Position numbers and translations under genes: made by a program. Source: Verrucomicrobiales bacterium (GTDB lineage Bacteria; Verrucomicrobiota; Verrucomicrobiia; Verrucomicrobiales; V1-33). Taken from it: a DNA stretch of 64,000 nucleotides. The notes beneath the pieces are model-generated. The model ran no database searches, was not told the DNA's origin, and saw only the letters and a list, made by a program, of their open reading frames with translations. Of this stretch, positions 1 to 10,769 are shown piece by piece. The DNA is taken from the NCBI GenBank assembly GCA_031411295.1, contig JANOAV010000037.1, forward strand, positions 32,001 to 96,000, read 5' to 3'. Within the stretch, counting starts at the first letter, position 1; each line of letters starts with the position of its first letter.

Positions 1-440
1 TGAAGTGGGCACGGCGGCGCATTTCAAAGCGAGCTTTGGCACGAGCAAGCAATTCGCCTCATGGTTAGGGCTGTGTCCAGATAATCGGGTGAGCGGAGGG
101 AAGATATTGGGGAGCAAAACCCGACATGTGAAGCATCGACTGGCGGAAGGATTTCGGCTCGGAGCGTTTGGGATGTGGCGCAGCAAAAGCGTGCTCGGAG
201 AATATTGTCGCAAAATGAAAGGACGGCTTGGCAAAGCAGAGGGAATCACAGCGACAGCCCATAAGCTAGCGCGCATCGTTTATAAGATGATCAGCGAGGG
301 GGTAAGCTACGATGAAGACCTCCTTGGGGAGCAAAATCCGGCTGCTTTGGCTAGGAAATTCAAGAATGTCCAAAAACGTGCTGAATCCCTTGGTTATCAA
401 CTAGTTAAGGTCGCGTAACCCCTTTCATGTTACTGAGGAG
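1..440 (+). mobile_element. IS110-family insertion sequence, 3' part (continues off the left edge)
   Basis: Transposase C-terminus is followed after a short gap by GTTACTGAGGAG (429-440), which resembles right ends I recall for IS110 elements. The end position is inferred. Confidence 0.7.
5..418 (+). CDS. IS110 family transposase/recombinase, C-terminal portion (5' end outside window)
   Basis: FASWLGLCPDNRVSGGK (catalytic-Ser SGG motif) and AITATAHKLAR-like GITATAHKLARIVY, typical of the Transposase_20 domain. The frame is open to the window edge. Confidence 0.92.
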   Translation: MGTAAHFKASFGTSKQFASWLGLCPDNRVSGGKILGSKTRHVKHRLAEGFRLGAFGMWRSKSVLGEYCRKMKGRLGKAEGITATAHKLARIVYKMISEGVSYDEDLLGEQNPAALARKFKNVQKRAESLGYQLVKVA

Positions 441-554
441 ACCAGCGCCCCGAATCGCTGCGGCCGCTATCCCTGATGCTTGTCTCGTTACCTCGCCCTC
501 CACGAGGGTTGCTCCAAACGTGCTAGTGGATTTCTGGGATGGATTCATAGGAAA

Positions 555-1886
555 TTATTTATTGCTAGGAGGAATGGTTAATTCATCGGTCGTGGGATCC
601 GCGCGGACGAGGCCGATGGAATTCTTGGCACTGACTTTGACATCGTAGGCCCCTGCGGGCAGGGCCGGAAGTTTATCGGCCGGGAGTTTCCAGGTGCCGT
701 CGAGATTGTCCACGCCTGGGTAAACTTTGCCGTCGATCTCGATGGAGAGGCTCTCCGTAACACAGCCCACTGTGCCCGTGAGATCGGCTGGTCGGCTGCT
801 CGTCATGGTGAGTTTGTTCACGGTGACATCCGGCGGGAGGCGATCAAATTTGAATTTGCCCAACTCGAAACCGATCTTGAATTTTCGAGCCTCCAGGACT
901 TCTCGCACGCGAGGGATTAACCGTGCGGCGTTCCAATAATAGAGATCATTCAAGACGGTATCCGGTAGCTTGAATCCCTCCATTTGAGGTCCGTTGTGCA
1001 CCCCATTGATCACTTGATCGGTTTCAAGCACCTTGCGCTCTTTCAGAAACGCCAAACCATTGGCACCGGCTGCGAAAACATCGGAGCCGAACAAAATGCG
1101 ATCACAGTATTTAATGTAAAATTCCCTGGCCTTGCTCACGGTGTAGTTGTCCGGTTGCCGAGCGTTGTGCACGAAGGCGACATCGACGAACACATTCGGA
1201 AAGCGATCAAAGATGCCAGCCAACTTAGTCATGCCCGCATCGCTTTGCAGCATGAAGAGCCCATGGGCAAAGATGAAGGTTGTTTGCGGGTGGGCCTTTA
1301 CTATTTCTATAGTATCATCTTCGAACTTAGGAAATGCCGCGCTGTCGCCTTTGGCATTCCCAGGGTCGCCTGTGTGGTAGCCCACGAGCGGCATCCCCTG
1401 GCGTCCGGCTTCATCGAGTTGCTCGTGGATCTGCGGGATTTTGCTGGTTAGGATAGCACCGTGCGGCCACAATTTTAGGCCAACAAAGCCCTGTTCCTTG
1501 AAACTTTTGATTTCATCCACCGCCCACCAGATGCCCTCTTTTGGAATCGTGAACGCGCCCGGGACAAAGAGAATCCGGTCATCCAGTTGCTCCTTCACAT
1601 AGACCATGTCATTGCCGGGAATCTGGCGGACACTGGTTGGGCTGGCATTCTTGTCGTTGTTGTCTTTCACCCAGAATAATCCCGCCAGGGAAATGCTGAT
1701 GGTTCCGCCCCATTGATCCATCGCCTCCACGCATTTGGCATACTGCGTCTTCGCATCCATGTGCGTGTGCATGTCCACCCGAGGCATGGCGGAGGGCGGG
1801 TAAACCGTCTGCTGATCCGCTGGGGCGAAGGTTGTCAGCGTAAACAGCAGGACGCACCCTGCGCCTGTTCGTTGTGCTAGATTCAT
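555..1886 (-). CDS. Secreted amidohydrolase_2-family metallohydrolase with C-terminal bacterial Ig-like domain
   Basis: Signal peptide; DMHTH, HTGDP, AHG and ILFGSD motifs; C-terminal LTGTV..DGTWKL..LPAGAYDVKVSAKN Ig-like repeat. Confidence 0.85.
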   Translation of the reverse strand: MNLAQRTGAGCVLLFTLTTFAPADQQTVYPPSAMPRVDMHTHMDAKTQYAKCVEAMDQWGGTISISLAGLFWVKDNNDKNASPTSVRQIPGNDMVYVKEQLDDRILFVPGAFTIPKEGIWWAVDEIKSFKEQGFVGLKLWPHGAILTSKIPQIHEQLDEAGRQGMPLVGYHTGDPGNAKGDSAAFPKFEDDTIEIVKAHPQTTFIFAHGLFMLQSDAGMTKLAGIFDRFPNVFVDVAFVHNARQPDNYTVSKAREFYIKYCDRILFGSDVFAAGANGLAFLKERKVLETDQVINGVHNGPQMEGFKLPDTVLNDLYYWNAARLIPRVREVLEARKFKIGFELGKFKFDRLPPDVTVNKLTMTSSRPADLTGTVGCVTESLSIEIDGKVYPGVDNLDGTWKLPADKLPALPAGAYDVKVSAKNSIGLVRADPTTDELTIPPSNK

Positions 1887-3082
1887 GGTTTTGGCTTAGC
1901 TCCTAAAAGAGGCTTCATCGCTTCCGCCAGACTGAATCCCACCAGGCCAATGACCCGCGCACTGCCATAATAATGACACCCCCAGTCGCAAACATGCTTG
2001 TCGGCTGCTTTCTTGATCTTTTTGTAGGCACTGTCGCTCTTCTTTGCTTTCTCCACGGCCTCGTTGATCAAGGATTCCATCTTGTCAGGATCCTTGATCT
2101 CCGGCTTGCCCTTCATTTTCCGATTTATCCGCTCCTCCGCCTCGCTTCTGAGCCGCTCATCCTCCGCGTCCAATCCTTCTCCCAGCGTCGTCAACTCCGG
2201 ATACCAGAATGGCGCGGTGCGCACATAGCCCAGTGTTCCTTTCAATTCCGGACTGGAGGCGATCTTCGCCTGCGCAGCCCTGAATTTCATCATCGTCTCG
2301 TCTGCTTTCTCGCCATTCACTCCTAACTCACCGATGACTACTGGCAGATTGGGTTGCTTGAATTCAGCGCGCAGATCCTGGATCAAATGGACGAAATTCG
2401 GGCAGTATTCATCAAACACCTTCTGTTGGATATCCTCGTCCGCGCACATGTCATTCCAGCCTTGGAACCAGACGAACCCACAGAGTTCCGGCGTCGCTCC
2501 CTTGAGTGATGGGAAATCTTTACCGATGTCCTCCAGGCATTCACGCACTTCCTTGACCATCTTACGATACGATGCGCCAATTTCCTCCGGTTGCAGTCCG
2601 GTGTCGTAGGCTGCTTTGCCGGCACTGGGCGGCCGGAAGTTGCCATAGAGGCTATGGCCGCCCCAGCAGGTCTTGATGAGCAGCACAGGCTCTTTAAAAT
2701 GGTCACCCATTTCAATCCCAAACATCAACTCCGGACCAAACGAACCTTCCCCATTGGCTCCCATTCCCACCGATAGGGGTCGGGTGATTTTTTCATCCTC
2801 CTTCTTATAAGAAACAAACACATCACGGCGCACCACGAAGGTTCCGTCGGGTTTCTTGATCTTCTTCAATAAATCGCCATGCGTGGGGTGCTCGCCCAAG
2901 CGGTCCAACGTCTGCACTCCCGCATGACCTTCCATGTTGGATTGTCCAGCGAGGATAAAGACCTTCACAGGTCCCTTGAACGCTGGTTGCTGCGGCTTGC
3001 CTGTTGTTGGCTGGGCTTGCAAGGAAGCTGCCATCCAAGCCATAGCGATGGCGATGAGGGGTCTGATCGTTTTATATTTCAT
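1883..3082 (-). CDS. Sialate O-acetylesterase / SASA (DUF303) SGNH esterase
   Basis: VKVFILAGQSNMEG, FGPELMFG, IKTCWGG and WFQGWND motifs; signal peptide; 4-bp overlap with the downstream gene. Confidence 0.9.
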   Translation of the reverse strand: MKYKTIRPLIAIAMAWMAASLQAQPTTGKPQQPAFKGPVKVFILAGQSNMEGHAGVQTLDRLGEHPTHGDLLKKIKKPDGTFVVRRDVFVSYKKEDEKITRPLSVGMGANGEGSFGPELMFGIEMGDHFKEPVLLIKTCWGGHSLYGNFRPPSAGKAAYDTGLQPEEIGASYRKMVKEVRECLEDIGKDFPSLKGATPELCGFVWFQGWNDMCADEDIQQKVFDEYCPNFVHLIQDLRAEFKQPNLPVVIGELGVNGEKADETMMKFRAAQAKIASSPELKGTLGYVRTAPFWYPELTTLGEGLDAEDERLRSEAEERINRKMKGKPEIKDPDKMESLINEAVEKAKKSDSAYKKIKKAADKHVCDWGCHYYGSARVIGLVGFSLAEAMKPLLGAKPKP

Positions 3083-3108
3083 AGGATTTTATGGGTAAAT
3101 TGGGGGAG

Positions 3109-4662
3109 TTAGAGTTCCGGTTGTGGAGAGCTTAGGGGCGCGCTCCGGCCAGTGGCCTTGCTTGCTTCGAGCAGTGCCTTCAGCTTCTTCGCCATTTCCG
3201 GTTCCTTGAAATAAAGGTTCGTGGTTTCACCCGGATCCGTATCCAGATTGTAAAGTTGGCCGGGGGCGGTGGGTTCGGTGTCAGTTAGGGCGAATGGGAC
3301 CAATTCACCTTTCTCATAACTGTTTCCCCCAGAACCTTTATGATCCAGATACTTCCATGGGCCTTGGCGAATGGCTAGCGCCAGGCTGATGGTCTGGTGC
3401 AATGTGTAATCTCTGATGGGCTTCCCACCGTCTTCTCCGAGCAGCACCGGAAGAATATTGTAACTGTCCTCCGCCGCATTGTCGGGGAGTTTCACGCCAG
3501 TGATTTTGGCGCAGGTGGCCATGATGTCCGTGAGGCAAATCGTCTGGTTGGTTGTGCTCCCTGGCGCGATGTTTCCCTTCCACCGCGCAATGAACGGCAC
3601 GCGATGGCCGCCTTCCCAATCATCCCGCTTCACACCACGCCACGGGCGCGCGCCATCGTGGCCGAAGTCAGCCCGCATATGAACAGCGGTGGTGGTCTCC
3701 GGACCGTTGTCGCTAGTGAAGATGACCAGCGTGTTGTCCGCCACGCCAAGTTGTTCCAGGGTCTTCATGAGTTCCCCCACAACGTAGTCGAGTTCATTGA
3801 TGAAATCTCCGTGCGGTCCGGCCTTCGTGCTTCCCTTGAATTTGGCGGAAGCAAATGATGGTAGATGCGCGGCATGGGTTGCGTGCATTAGAAAGAACGG
3901 TTTCGCTGGAGTCTGCTTATGATGTGTCTCCAGAAACTCGCGGCTTTTGCTCAGGAAGAGCATGTCCACTTCTTCGAGATCAAAATCCGGGGCAATCATG
4001 CCCATGCGATTGTCGTCGGCGTAAGGATGCTTGGGGAGATGTGATTTATCCAACATTTTTGTAGGTGGCACGGGGATGCGATCCCCATCAATGAAGGCAT
4101 AAATAAAATCCGTCCCTGGACAGCAAACCGTGCCAAAGAAGCGATCGAACCCACGATGAATCGGGGAGTCTGGAATGGCTCGTGAGTAGTCGATGAGCTT
4201 CACCCCTTCCACTCCGTCCTTGGTGATGCGTTGGCCGTCTTTATCCAGAAAACTCATGCCTACGTGCCACTTACCAAAGAGGGCGGTGGCGTAACCACGG
4301 TCACGCAACATTTGCGGCAGCGAGAGCTGGTTCTCCTTGATCAAACAAGGTCCGCCCACGCCCGCAAAGACACTGCGATAGTTAATACGAAACGCCATCT
4401 TGCCCGTGAGCAGACTGTAGCGCGTGGGCGTGCAGACGGTGGATGGCGAATGGGCATCGGTAAACCGCATGCCTTCGCGAGCGAGTTTATCGATGTTAGG
4501 TGTGGGAACCTTGGATTCCGAATTGTAACATGCGACATCGCCATAACCGAGGTCGTCGGCTAGGATCACCAGGATGTTAGGCTGAGGTGAATCGGCAGCA
4601 GAGAGATTCGCAGGTGACAACAGCAGGGCGAGGAGCGCAGAGGAAGCTAAGAAGGGTTTCAT
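3109..4662 (-). CDS. Arylsulfatase (S1 formylglycine-dependent sulfatase)
   Basis: PNILVILADDLGYGD, CTPTR (CxPxR), GKWH and FTSDNG motifs; signal peptide. Confidence 0.95.
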   Translation of the reverse strand: MKPFLASSALLALLLSPANLSAADSPQPNILVILADDLGYGDVACYNSESKVPTPNIDKLAREGMRFTDAHSPSTVCTPTRYSLLTGKMAFRINYRSVFAGVGGPCLIKENQLSLPQMLRDRGYATALFGKWHVGMSFLDKDGQRITKDGVEGVKLIDYSRAIPDSPIHRGFDRFFGTVCCPGTDFIYAFIDGDRIPVPPTKMLDKSHLPKHPYADDNRMGMIAPDFDLEEVDMLFLSKSREFLETHHKQTPAKPFFLMHATHAAHLPSFASAKFKGSTKAGPHGDFINELDYVVGELMKTLEQLGVADNTLVIFTSDNGPETTTAVHMRADFGHDGARPWRGVKRDDWEGGHRVPFIARWKGNIAPGSTTNQTICLTDIMATCAKITGVKLPDNAAEDSYNILPVLLGEDGGKPIRDYTLHQTISLALAIRQGPWKYLDHKGSGGNSYEKGELVPFALTDTEPTAPGQLYNLDTDPGETTNLYFKEPEMAKKLKALLEASKATGRSAPLSSPQPEL

Positions 4663-4850
4663 GAAGCAAGGGAAGGTGGGAACAGACAGCTTAGCATGCC
4701 TTCTGGTCGTTGTCGGCTATTCTGGCAACAAATTCTGCAATATTTCCCGGCCCCCTAAACCTGATTTTGGAGAGATGAGCTTCAAGCGGTTTGGTTCGGG
4801 CGGGCGGATCCGACTTTGACAACTGCCCTATTTTTGATGTAGGCATCCCC

Positions 4851-5939
4851 ATGGGGGCATGGAATCGACAATCTACGGCGGAACAAGTGGCATCGCATTT
4901 GCGCGGGGAACTGGCGCGAGGGCGATGGAGTGGCTTGATGCCTGGACAGAAATTGTTGGCGCAAGACTTGGGCGCATCGCATAACGCGGTGGAGGCTGCA
5001 CTCCGGCAGCTCGAACGGGAGGGCCTGCTGCTCGGGCGGGGGCCCGGCCGACGGCGGCAAATTCTACTGCCGGGGCAAAGTCAGTCTCGACCGCTGCGGA
5101 TCGCCCTGCTGCACTACGAGCGCGTGGCCAGCACTGAGGGATACGTGATTGAGTTGCAGCATCTCCTCACGGAGGCGGGCCATACCGCCTTTTTCACTGA
5201 AAAGTCCCTGCTGGAACTCGGCATGAATGTGACGAAGATCAGCCGCTTGGTAAAGCAGACGGAGGCGGATGCCTGGATCATTCTGGCGGGCTCTCGCAAA
5301 GTCCTAACGTGGTTCTCTGAGCAGCCAACGCCAGCCTTTGCCCTTTTTGGGCAACGCGATGGGCTCCCCATGGCTGCGACAGGGCCGGACAAACAGGTGG
5401 CATACGCTAACGTCACCCGCCATTTACTCAGTTTGGGCCATCAACGCATTGTGCTGTTGGCTCGGCGGCCTGGGGGAGCCTCAGAGACTAAACTCAGTGA
5501 GAAAGCGTTTCTCGCGGAACTGGAAAGCCAGGGCATCAAGACGGGTGATTTTAATCTCCCGGCTTGGGAAGAAACGCCGGAAGGCCTGCGGGATGTCCTG
5601 ACATTGCTGTTACGGGTCACTCCTCCCACCGCCATGATTATCGATGAAGCCCCGCTCTTTGCGGCCACGCAGCAGTTTCTGGCTGGAAAAGGTATCCGGG
5701 TTCCTCAGCAAGTTTCGTTGGTCTGCACCGATCCTGATCCCACCTTCGAATGGTGCCTGCCCACGATTGCCCATATTCGCTGGGATTCTGCCCCCGTCGT
5801 CCGCCGTATCGTCCAGTGGGCAGCGAACGTCAGTCATGGGAAACGCGACGTTAAGCAATCCCTGGTGCCCGCAGAGTTCGTGCCGGGTGGCACCATTGGA
5901 CCGCCGCTGGTGAGCGGAGAGTCAATTCGTGTTGAATAA
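4851..5939 (+). CDS. GntR-type wHTH / LacI-like sugar-binding-domain transcriptional regulator
   Basis: N-terminal MPGQKLLAQDLGASHNAVEAALRQLE HTH; C-terminal LGHQRI..GIRVPQQVSLV periplasmic-binding-like domain; divergent from the sulfatase operon. Start refined to ATG 4851. Confidence 0.88.
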   Translation: MGAWNRQSTAEQVASHLRGELARGRWSGLMPGQKLLAQDLGASHNAVEAALRQLEREGLLLGRGPGRRRQILLPGQSQSRPLRIALLHYERVASTEGYVIELQHLLTEAGHTAFFTEKSLLELGMNVTKISRLVKQTEADAWIILAGSRKVLTWFSEQPTPAFALFGQRDGLPMAATGPDKQVAYANVTRHLLSLGHQRIVLLARRPGGASETKLSEKAFLAELESQGIKTGDFNLPAWEETPEGLRDVLTLLLRVTPPTAMIIDEAPLFAATQQFLAGKGIRVPQQVSLVCTDPDPTFEWCLPTIAHIRWDSAPVVRRIVQWAANVSHGKRDVKQSLVPAEFVPGGTIGPPLVSGESIRVE

Positions 5940-5986
5940 TGGCGAATCTGTTCTTCATTGCCTCCATGCAATTTCAACTCAATCCT

Positions 5987-6436
5987 ATGAAGCACATCGT
6001 CGCCATTGCTGCCGTTAGTTTGCTGATAGTCGCCTCCAGCCAAGCCCGGGTTGGCGAAACGCAGAAGGAAATCACGGAGCGTTATGGCGAAGGCAAAAAG
6101 GCTGACACGCAACGGATCACGGCAGCGGAGACGTTCGCTTACGAAAAGAATGAGTTCTACGTCGAGGTCGTGATTTATGAAGGCAAGTCCATCATGGAAA
6201 TCTACGCGCATCGCAAGGGCACCACCGACGACGTGATTAAGGAGCTGCTCAAGGTCAATACTCCGACCGGAACGTCCTGGCATTTTGATCGCAAAGAAAG
6301 CAAATGGCAGCGCGACGGAAAGCCCAAACTAGTCGGCTACCGGTGGCCGGGGCATCCTGATTTCTTCTGTCTCAAAGACGTCGATACCTGTGCTGTGCTG
6401 GAGAAAAAGAGCAAGCCAAGTGCCAGCGGACTCTAG
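5987..6436 (+). CDS. Hypothetical secreted protein
   Basis: Signal peptide MKHIVAIAAVSLLIVASSQA followed by RVGETQKEITERYG; typical codon usage. Confidence 0.7.
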   Translation: MKHIVAIAAVSLLIVASSQARVGETQKEITERYGEGKKADTQRITAAETFAYEKNEFYVEVVIYEGKSIMEIYAHRKGTTDDVIKELLKVNTPTGTSWHFDRKESKWQRDGKPKLVGYRWPGHPDFFCLKDVDTCAVLEKKSKPSASGL

Positions 6437-6476
6437 CCTAATGCTTTTAGCTCCATCCTGCAAGATCTAAATCCGA

Positions 6477-7949
6477 TTACGTGAGGACATCCCGGATCAC
6501 CTGTCCATGCACATCCGTGAGTCTGCGCTCCAGGCCATTGTGATAGAAGGTTAGCCGCTCGTGATTGATTCCGAGGATGTCCAGGATTGTCGCATGGAAA
6601 TCGTAAACGGTGGCCACTTTGTCCACCGCCTTGTAGCCGAACTCATCGGTGGCTCCGTAGCTGAAACCTGGCTTTACGCCTGCTCCGGCCATCCAGGCGG
6701 TGAACCCGGCGGGGTTGTGATCCCGGCCACTAGCGCCCTTTTGGAACGTTGGCATGCGGCCGAATTCGGTGCACCACACGACCAGGGTATCCGCCAGTAA
6801 ACCCCGTTGTTTCAGGTCTGTTAGTAAGGCTGCGATCGGTTGATCCATGACCTCGCCATGCTTCACATACTGGTCCGCCAGCACCTTGTGGCCATCCCAA
6901 TTGCTCACTCCTTCGCCACCGGTTTGATAGGCCCCATTGAACAACTGCACGAAGCGCACGCCTTTTTCCACTAGGCGTCGGGCCAGAATGCAGTTCTTAG
7001 CGTAGGCGGCCTTTAAGTCCTGCACCGGATTCCCGGCGGCATCTGCTCCATACATCTTTAAAATGTGCGCAGGTTCGTTGGCGATGTCCGCCACCTCGGG
7101 CACGGAGAGTTGCATCCGGGCCGCGAGTTCATAACTGGAAATGCGGGCCGCCAATTCGCTGTCGCCTGGGAACTTTTCGAGGTGATGCCGATTCATCCGC
7201 GTAAGGAATTCCCGCGTGGCCCGATCATTGTCCGGGCTGGCTCCAGCGGGCCGTGCGAGATTTCGCAGTGGATTCGTGGCGTTGAAGTCGGTGCCTTGAA
7301 ATGCGGCCGGCAGATACCCTGATCCCCAGAAATTTCCCGCCGATTGCGGGGCGCCCCGCGGATCCGGAATCGCCACATAGGCGGGCAGGGTTTCGTTCTC
7401 CGTGCCCAAGGCATAGGAAAGCCACGAACCCATGCTGGGAAAGGCATCCAGCGTGGAACCGGTGGACATAAAATTCTCCCCAGGGCCGTGAGTATTCGTC
7501 TTGCTAGTGAGCGAATGAATGAAGCACATGTCATCCGCCATCGCCCCCAGATGCGGCACCAGGTCAGATACCATTTTGCCCGACTGACCATACGGTCGGA
7601 ACGCCCATGGGCTCTTGGTGAGATTTCCCTGTTGTCCTTGAAATGTCACTAATCCCTCCGCTCCCGGCATCGGCTGGCCATGGCGTTTGATCAACTCCGG
7701 CTTGTAATCAAAGGTGTCCAACTGACTCACCGCACCGGAGCAGAAAATCATCAGCACATTCTTGGCCCGCGGCGGAACGTGGGATTTCCGTGCCGCGTTA
7801 GGATTCGCTGGATTGATGTCTGGCCGCACTGGTTCAAGATGGGCTTCGGCCCGCAGACGATCCTGTGCCAGGAGTTGCGCCAAGGCAATCTGGCCCAGGC
7901 CAGAAACAGTCTGGGTCAGGAATCGGCGGCGGTTCAAATAGGGATGCAT
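6477..7949 (-). CDS. DUF1501 domain protein (Tat-exported)
   Basis: NRRRFL Tat motif; [31 protein letters not shown] and RLTDVHG motifs. Confidence 0.93.
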   Translation of the reverse strand: MHPYLNRRRFLTQTVSGLGQIALAQLLAQDRLRAEAHLEPVRPDINPANPNAARKSHVPPRAKNVLMIFCSGAVSQLDTFDYKPELIKRHGQPMPGAEGLVTFQGQQGNLTKSPWAFRPYGQSGKMVSDLVPHLGAMADDMCFIHSLTSKTNTHGPGENFMSTGSTLDAFPSMGSWLSYALGTENETLPAYVAIPDPRGAPQSAGNFWGSGYLPAAFQGTDFNATNPLRNLARPAGASPDNDRATREFLTRMNRHHLEKFPGDSELAARISSYELAARMQLSVPEVADIANEPAHILKMYGADAAGNPVQDLKAAYAKNCILARRLVEKGVRFVQLFNGAYQTGGEGVSNWDGHKVLADQYVKHGEVMDQPIAALLTDLKQRGLLADTLVVWCTEFGRMPTFQKGASGRDHNPAGFTAWMAGAGVKPGFSYGATDEFGYKAVDKVATVYDFHATILDILGINHERLTFYHNGLERRLTDVHGQVIRDVLT

Positions 7950-7967
7950 GATAGGGTCAGGTGAAAA

Positions 7968-10769
7968 TTAAAACACGAACAAGAACTCGCTCGTGTTATA
8001 CAAGGCGCGACAGAAGGAGGGCAGGCCGTGTTGCTGGATCTGCTGCACGCATTCCTTGCGTTCCCACCCGTCTGGACTGCGAGAGTAGCAGAGCGCGAAG
8101 GCCCGATCCACCTGAGCTTCGGGCGCGGGCCCGGCTTCCTTGATGAGGCGTTGGGCGAGGATGTCCGCTTGTTGCAGCGCGAAGGTGCTGTTGAATAAAT
8201 TGAGCGCCTGAAGCGGCGTGTTGGAACGCGTCCGCTTGGCCATGACTTGACCGCCATCCGGGCAGTCGAAGGAGCCGAACACGCTGTCCGTGGCTTGCCG
8301 AATGCGGAAAAGATACACCATGCGACGGAACTCGGCCGGACCATATTTCTCCTTGGGGAAATAGTGCATCACGTTCTCATTCACCACGTCCATCAGGTAA
8401 AAGCCTGGGCCACCCATCTTCAAGTCCAATGCCCCGGAGACGCCTAGCATGCTATCGCGAATCGCTTCAGCCTCCAATCGACGCGGTGAATAGCGCCAGA
8501 GAAATTTGCCATCGGCATCCGCTCGCAAGGCTTCTGGCCGTGGCTCGGAGGATTGTTGAAACGCGGCGGAAAGCAGGATCAGTCGCTGCATGTGCTTGAT
8601 GGACCAACCGCTTTTCACAAATTCATCCGCCAGCCAATCCAACAATTCGGGATGCGTGGGGCGGGATCCATTGATGCCGAAATCGCTCGGCGTATCCACA
8701 ATGCCATGCCCGAAAATGTAATGCCAGAGCCGATTCACGAGGACGCGCGCCGTCAGCGGATGCTGCGGGCTGGCAATCCAGTTGGCCAATTTCACCCGTC
8801 GCTGCTGCTCCGGTTCATCGACGGCCAATCCCAGCGATCCCAGCACCGTCAAGGCATCCGGAGCCACCACCTCGCGTGGCTGCATGGGTTCTCCACGATA
8901 CAACCGATGCGTTTTGGGCGGCTGATTGAAGTTGCCAATCCAACCAGTTTGCGATCCTGACAACGAGGAAACTTTGGTTTGCAGATCGCTGATATCCGTT
9001 AGTAATGACTTTGCCGCTGCGGCATCAGAAGGCGCCAACTTGACCAGGAACGCATCCGGGTCTTCCTTCGCGTTAAATGGCATCCGGGAGGTCGAATCAG
9101 CCACCACGGCCCATTGATCGGGCGCAGTTGCCGCTTCTATTTTATACTGCGTAGCCACCCGGTCCATGATGCGCCCGCTGCGATCCCGCGCCCAGACGAC
9201 GCGTTTGATGCGAGACTTCTTGGCAAACGTGATCTGCACCCAACTCGCCCGAACGCTGTTGGCGATCCAACTGTGATCATTGCCAGTCTGACCATCGTTG
9301 ATGTGCTCCAACTTGTGAATCGCATATCCCGGCAGCGTGCCCGAGGCCTGCGGCTTGGCTCCGGCGGAGGCCAGGGCAATGTTATGTCCCGTTTCATCAT
9401 AGACTTCCAACTCGTCGATGCACGGTTCGCCACTATTCGTCGCCATGATCGTAAATTTCACGGCTACGGCCTCCACGGGTGAGAACTCGTCCTCATTTCC
9501 TTTCGCAGTAACTGCGGGTCGCAGCGCTTTAGCCGCCACCGTCCCGGACGCGCTGGCGGCCTTTTGTTTGAAGGATTCCAGCTCCGATTGCTTCGTGGCA
9601 AGCAACGTCTTCACTTGCTCCATGGCCTTGAGTTCGTCCGGTCCCAGCGTCTTGCGGATGGCGCGTTCGCCATGATTCACTCCGGCAAAAACCGCCTGCA
9701 TGGCGTAGTAATCCTTTTGTAAAATGGGATCAAACTTATGGTTATGGCACCGCGCGCACCCCATGGTTAGGCCCAGGAAGGCCGTGCTGGTGGTGCTCAC
9801 CATATCCGCCAGCTCATCCTGCCGCTGCATCGCATTCAGCATCGGATCGCCTTTCACAATGTCGTAAGTCCCCGCCACCAGAAAGCCCGTGGCCGCATCC
9901 GCGCCCAAGGCATCGCCCGCCAACTGCTCGCGCACGAACTGATCGTAGGGTTTATCCGCATTGAGGGACTCGATCAGATAGTCCCGATAATGATAGGCGG
10001 TCTTCCGCTCGCGATTCGTCTCGAAGCCATTGGTATCCCCATACCGCACCACATCCATCCAATGCCGCGCCCAGCGTTCGCCATAACGCGGGCTAGCGAG
10101 CACCTTTTCCACGAGGTGCGCGTAGGCGTCGGGGCGCTGGTCATTCACGAACGCCGCCACTTCCTCAGGCGCGGGCACCAGCCCGTGCATCACGAAATAC
10201 AATCGACGGACTAACGTGATTTTGTCCGCTGGCAGCGATGGCGTGAGCGATTGTTCTTTGAGTTTTGCCAGCACAAAATAATCGATTTCATTTTTCGCGA
10301 AGGACGACTCCTGAACTGGAACCGCCGGATGTTTCACAGGTTGGAACGACCAATGATCCGTCTTAATCTGCAATGCTGCCGCAGCTTCCGCCTCGCCCGG
10401 CATTTTAGCTCCATTGTCAATCCACGCCTTCAGCAGCGTCACCTGAGCTTCCGTCAGACGATCTCCTTTGGGTGGCATCATGTCCTTTTCGTCCTTGGCC
10501 AGAATGCGATCAATGATCAGGCTATCCGCACTGCTCCCCCGCACAAACAAAGGCTCACCCGAGTCCCCTCCTTTCAAGATACCTGAGGTGGTATCCAGTC
10601 GCAATTGCTTCTTGGCCTTGTCCGCATCATGACAATCGAAACAATGCGCCTCCAAGATCGGTCGAATGTCGCGCCCAAAATCCACGGCTGCCGGAGACTC
10701 GGCCGCAGCCTCCAAGCGGACTGTCAGCAAAGCCAGCGCAGGAACTGCAAGAAATTTAAAGGATCGCAT
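7968..10769 (-). CDS. PSD1/planctomycete cytochrome c protein (PSCyt1-DUF1549-DUF1553) with internal F5/8-like domain
   Basis: CFDCH and CARCH heme motifs; HWSFQP, YGERWARHWMD, HPELLDWLA and TPLQAL motifs. Start refined to MRSFKF. Confidence 0.92.
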   Translation of the reverse strand: MRSFKFLAVPALALLTVRLEAAAESPAAVDFGRDIRPILEAHCFDCHDADKAKKQLRLDTTSGILKGGDSGEPLFVRGSSADSLIIDRILAKDEKDMMPPKGDRLTEAQVTLLKAWIDNGAKMPGEAEAAAALQIKTDHWSFQPVKHPAVPVQESSFAKNEIDYFVLAKLKEQSLTPSLPADKITLVRRLYFVMHGLVPAPEEVAAFVNDQRPDAYAHLVEKVLASPRYGERWARHWMDVVRYGDTNGFETNRERKTAYHYRDYLIESLNADKPYDQFVREQLAGDALGADAATGFLVAGTYDIVKGDPMLNAMQRQDELADMVSTTSTAFLGLTMGCARCHNHKFDPILQKDYYAMQAVFAGVNHGERAIRKTLGPDELKAMEQVKTLLATKQSELESFKQKAASASGTVAAKALRPAVTAKGNEDEFSPVEAVAVKFTIMATNSGEPCIDELEVYDETGHNIALASAGAKPQASGTLPGYAIHKLEHINDGQTGNDHSWIANSVRASWVQITFAKKSRIKRVVWARDRSGRIMDRVATQYKIEAATAPDQWAVVADSTSRMPFNAKEDPDAFLVKLAPSDAAAAKSLLTDISDLQTKVSSLSGSQTGWIGNFNQPPKTHRLYRGEPMQPREVVAPDALTVLGSLGLAVDEPEQQRRVKLANWIASPQHPLTARVLVNRLWHYIFGHGIVDTPSDFGINGSRPTHPELLDWLADEFVKSGWSIKHMQRLILLSAAFQQSSEPRPEALRADADGKFLWRYSPRRLEAEAIRDSMLGVSGALDLKMGGPGFYLMDVVNENVMHYFPKEKYGPAEFRRMVYLFRIRQATDSVFGSFDCPDGGQVMAKRTRSNTPLQALNLFNSTFALQQADILAQRLIKEAGPAPEAQVDRAFALCYSRSPDGWERKECVQQIQQHGLPSFCRALYNTSEFLFVF

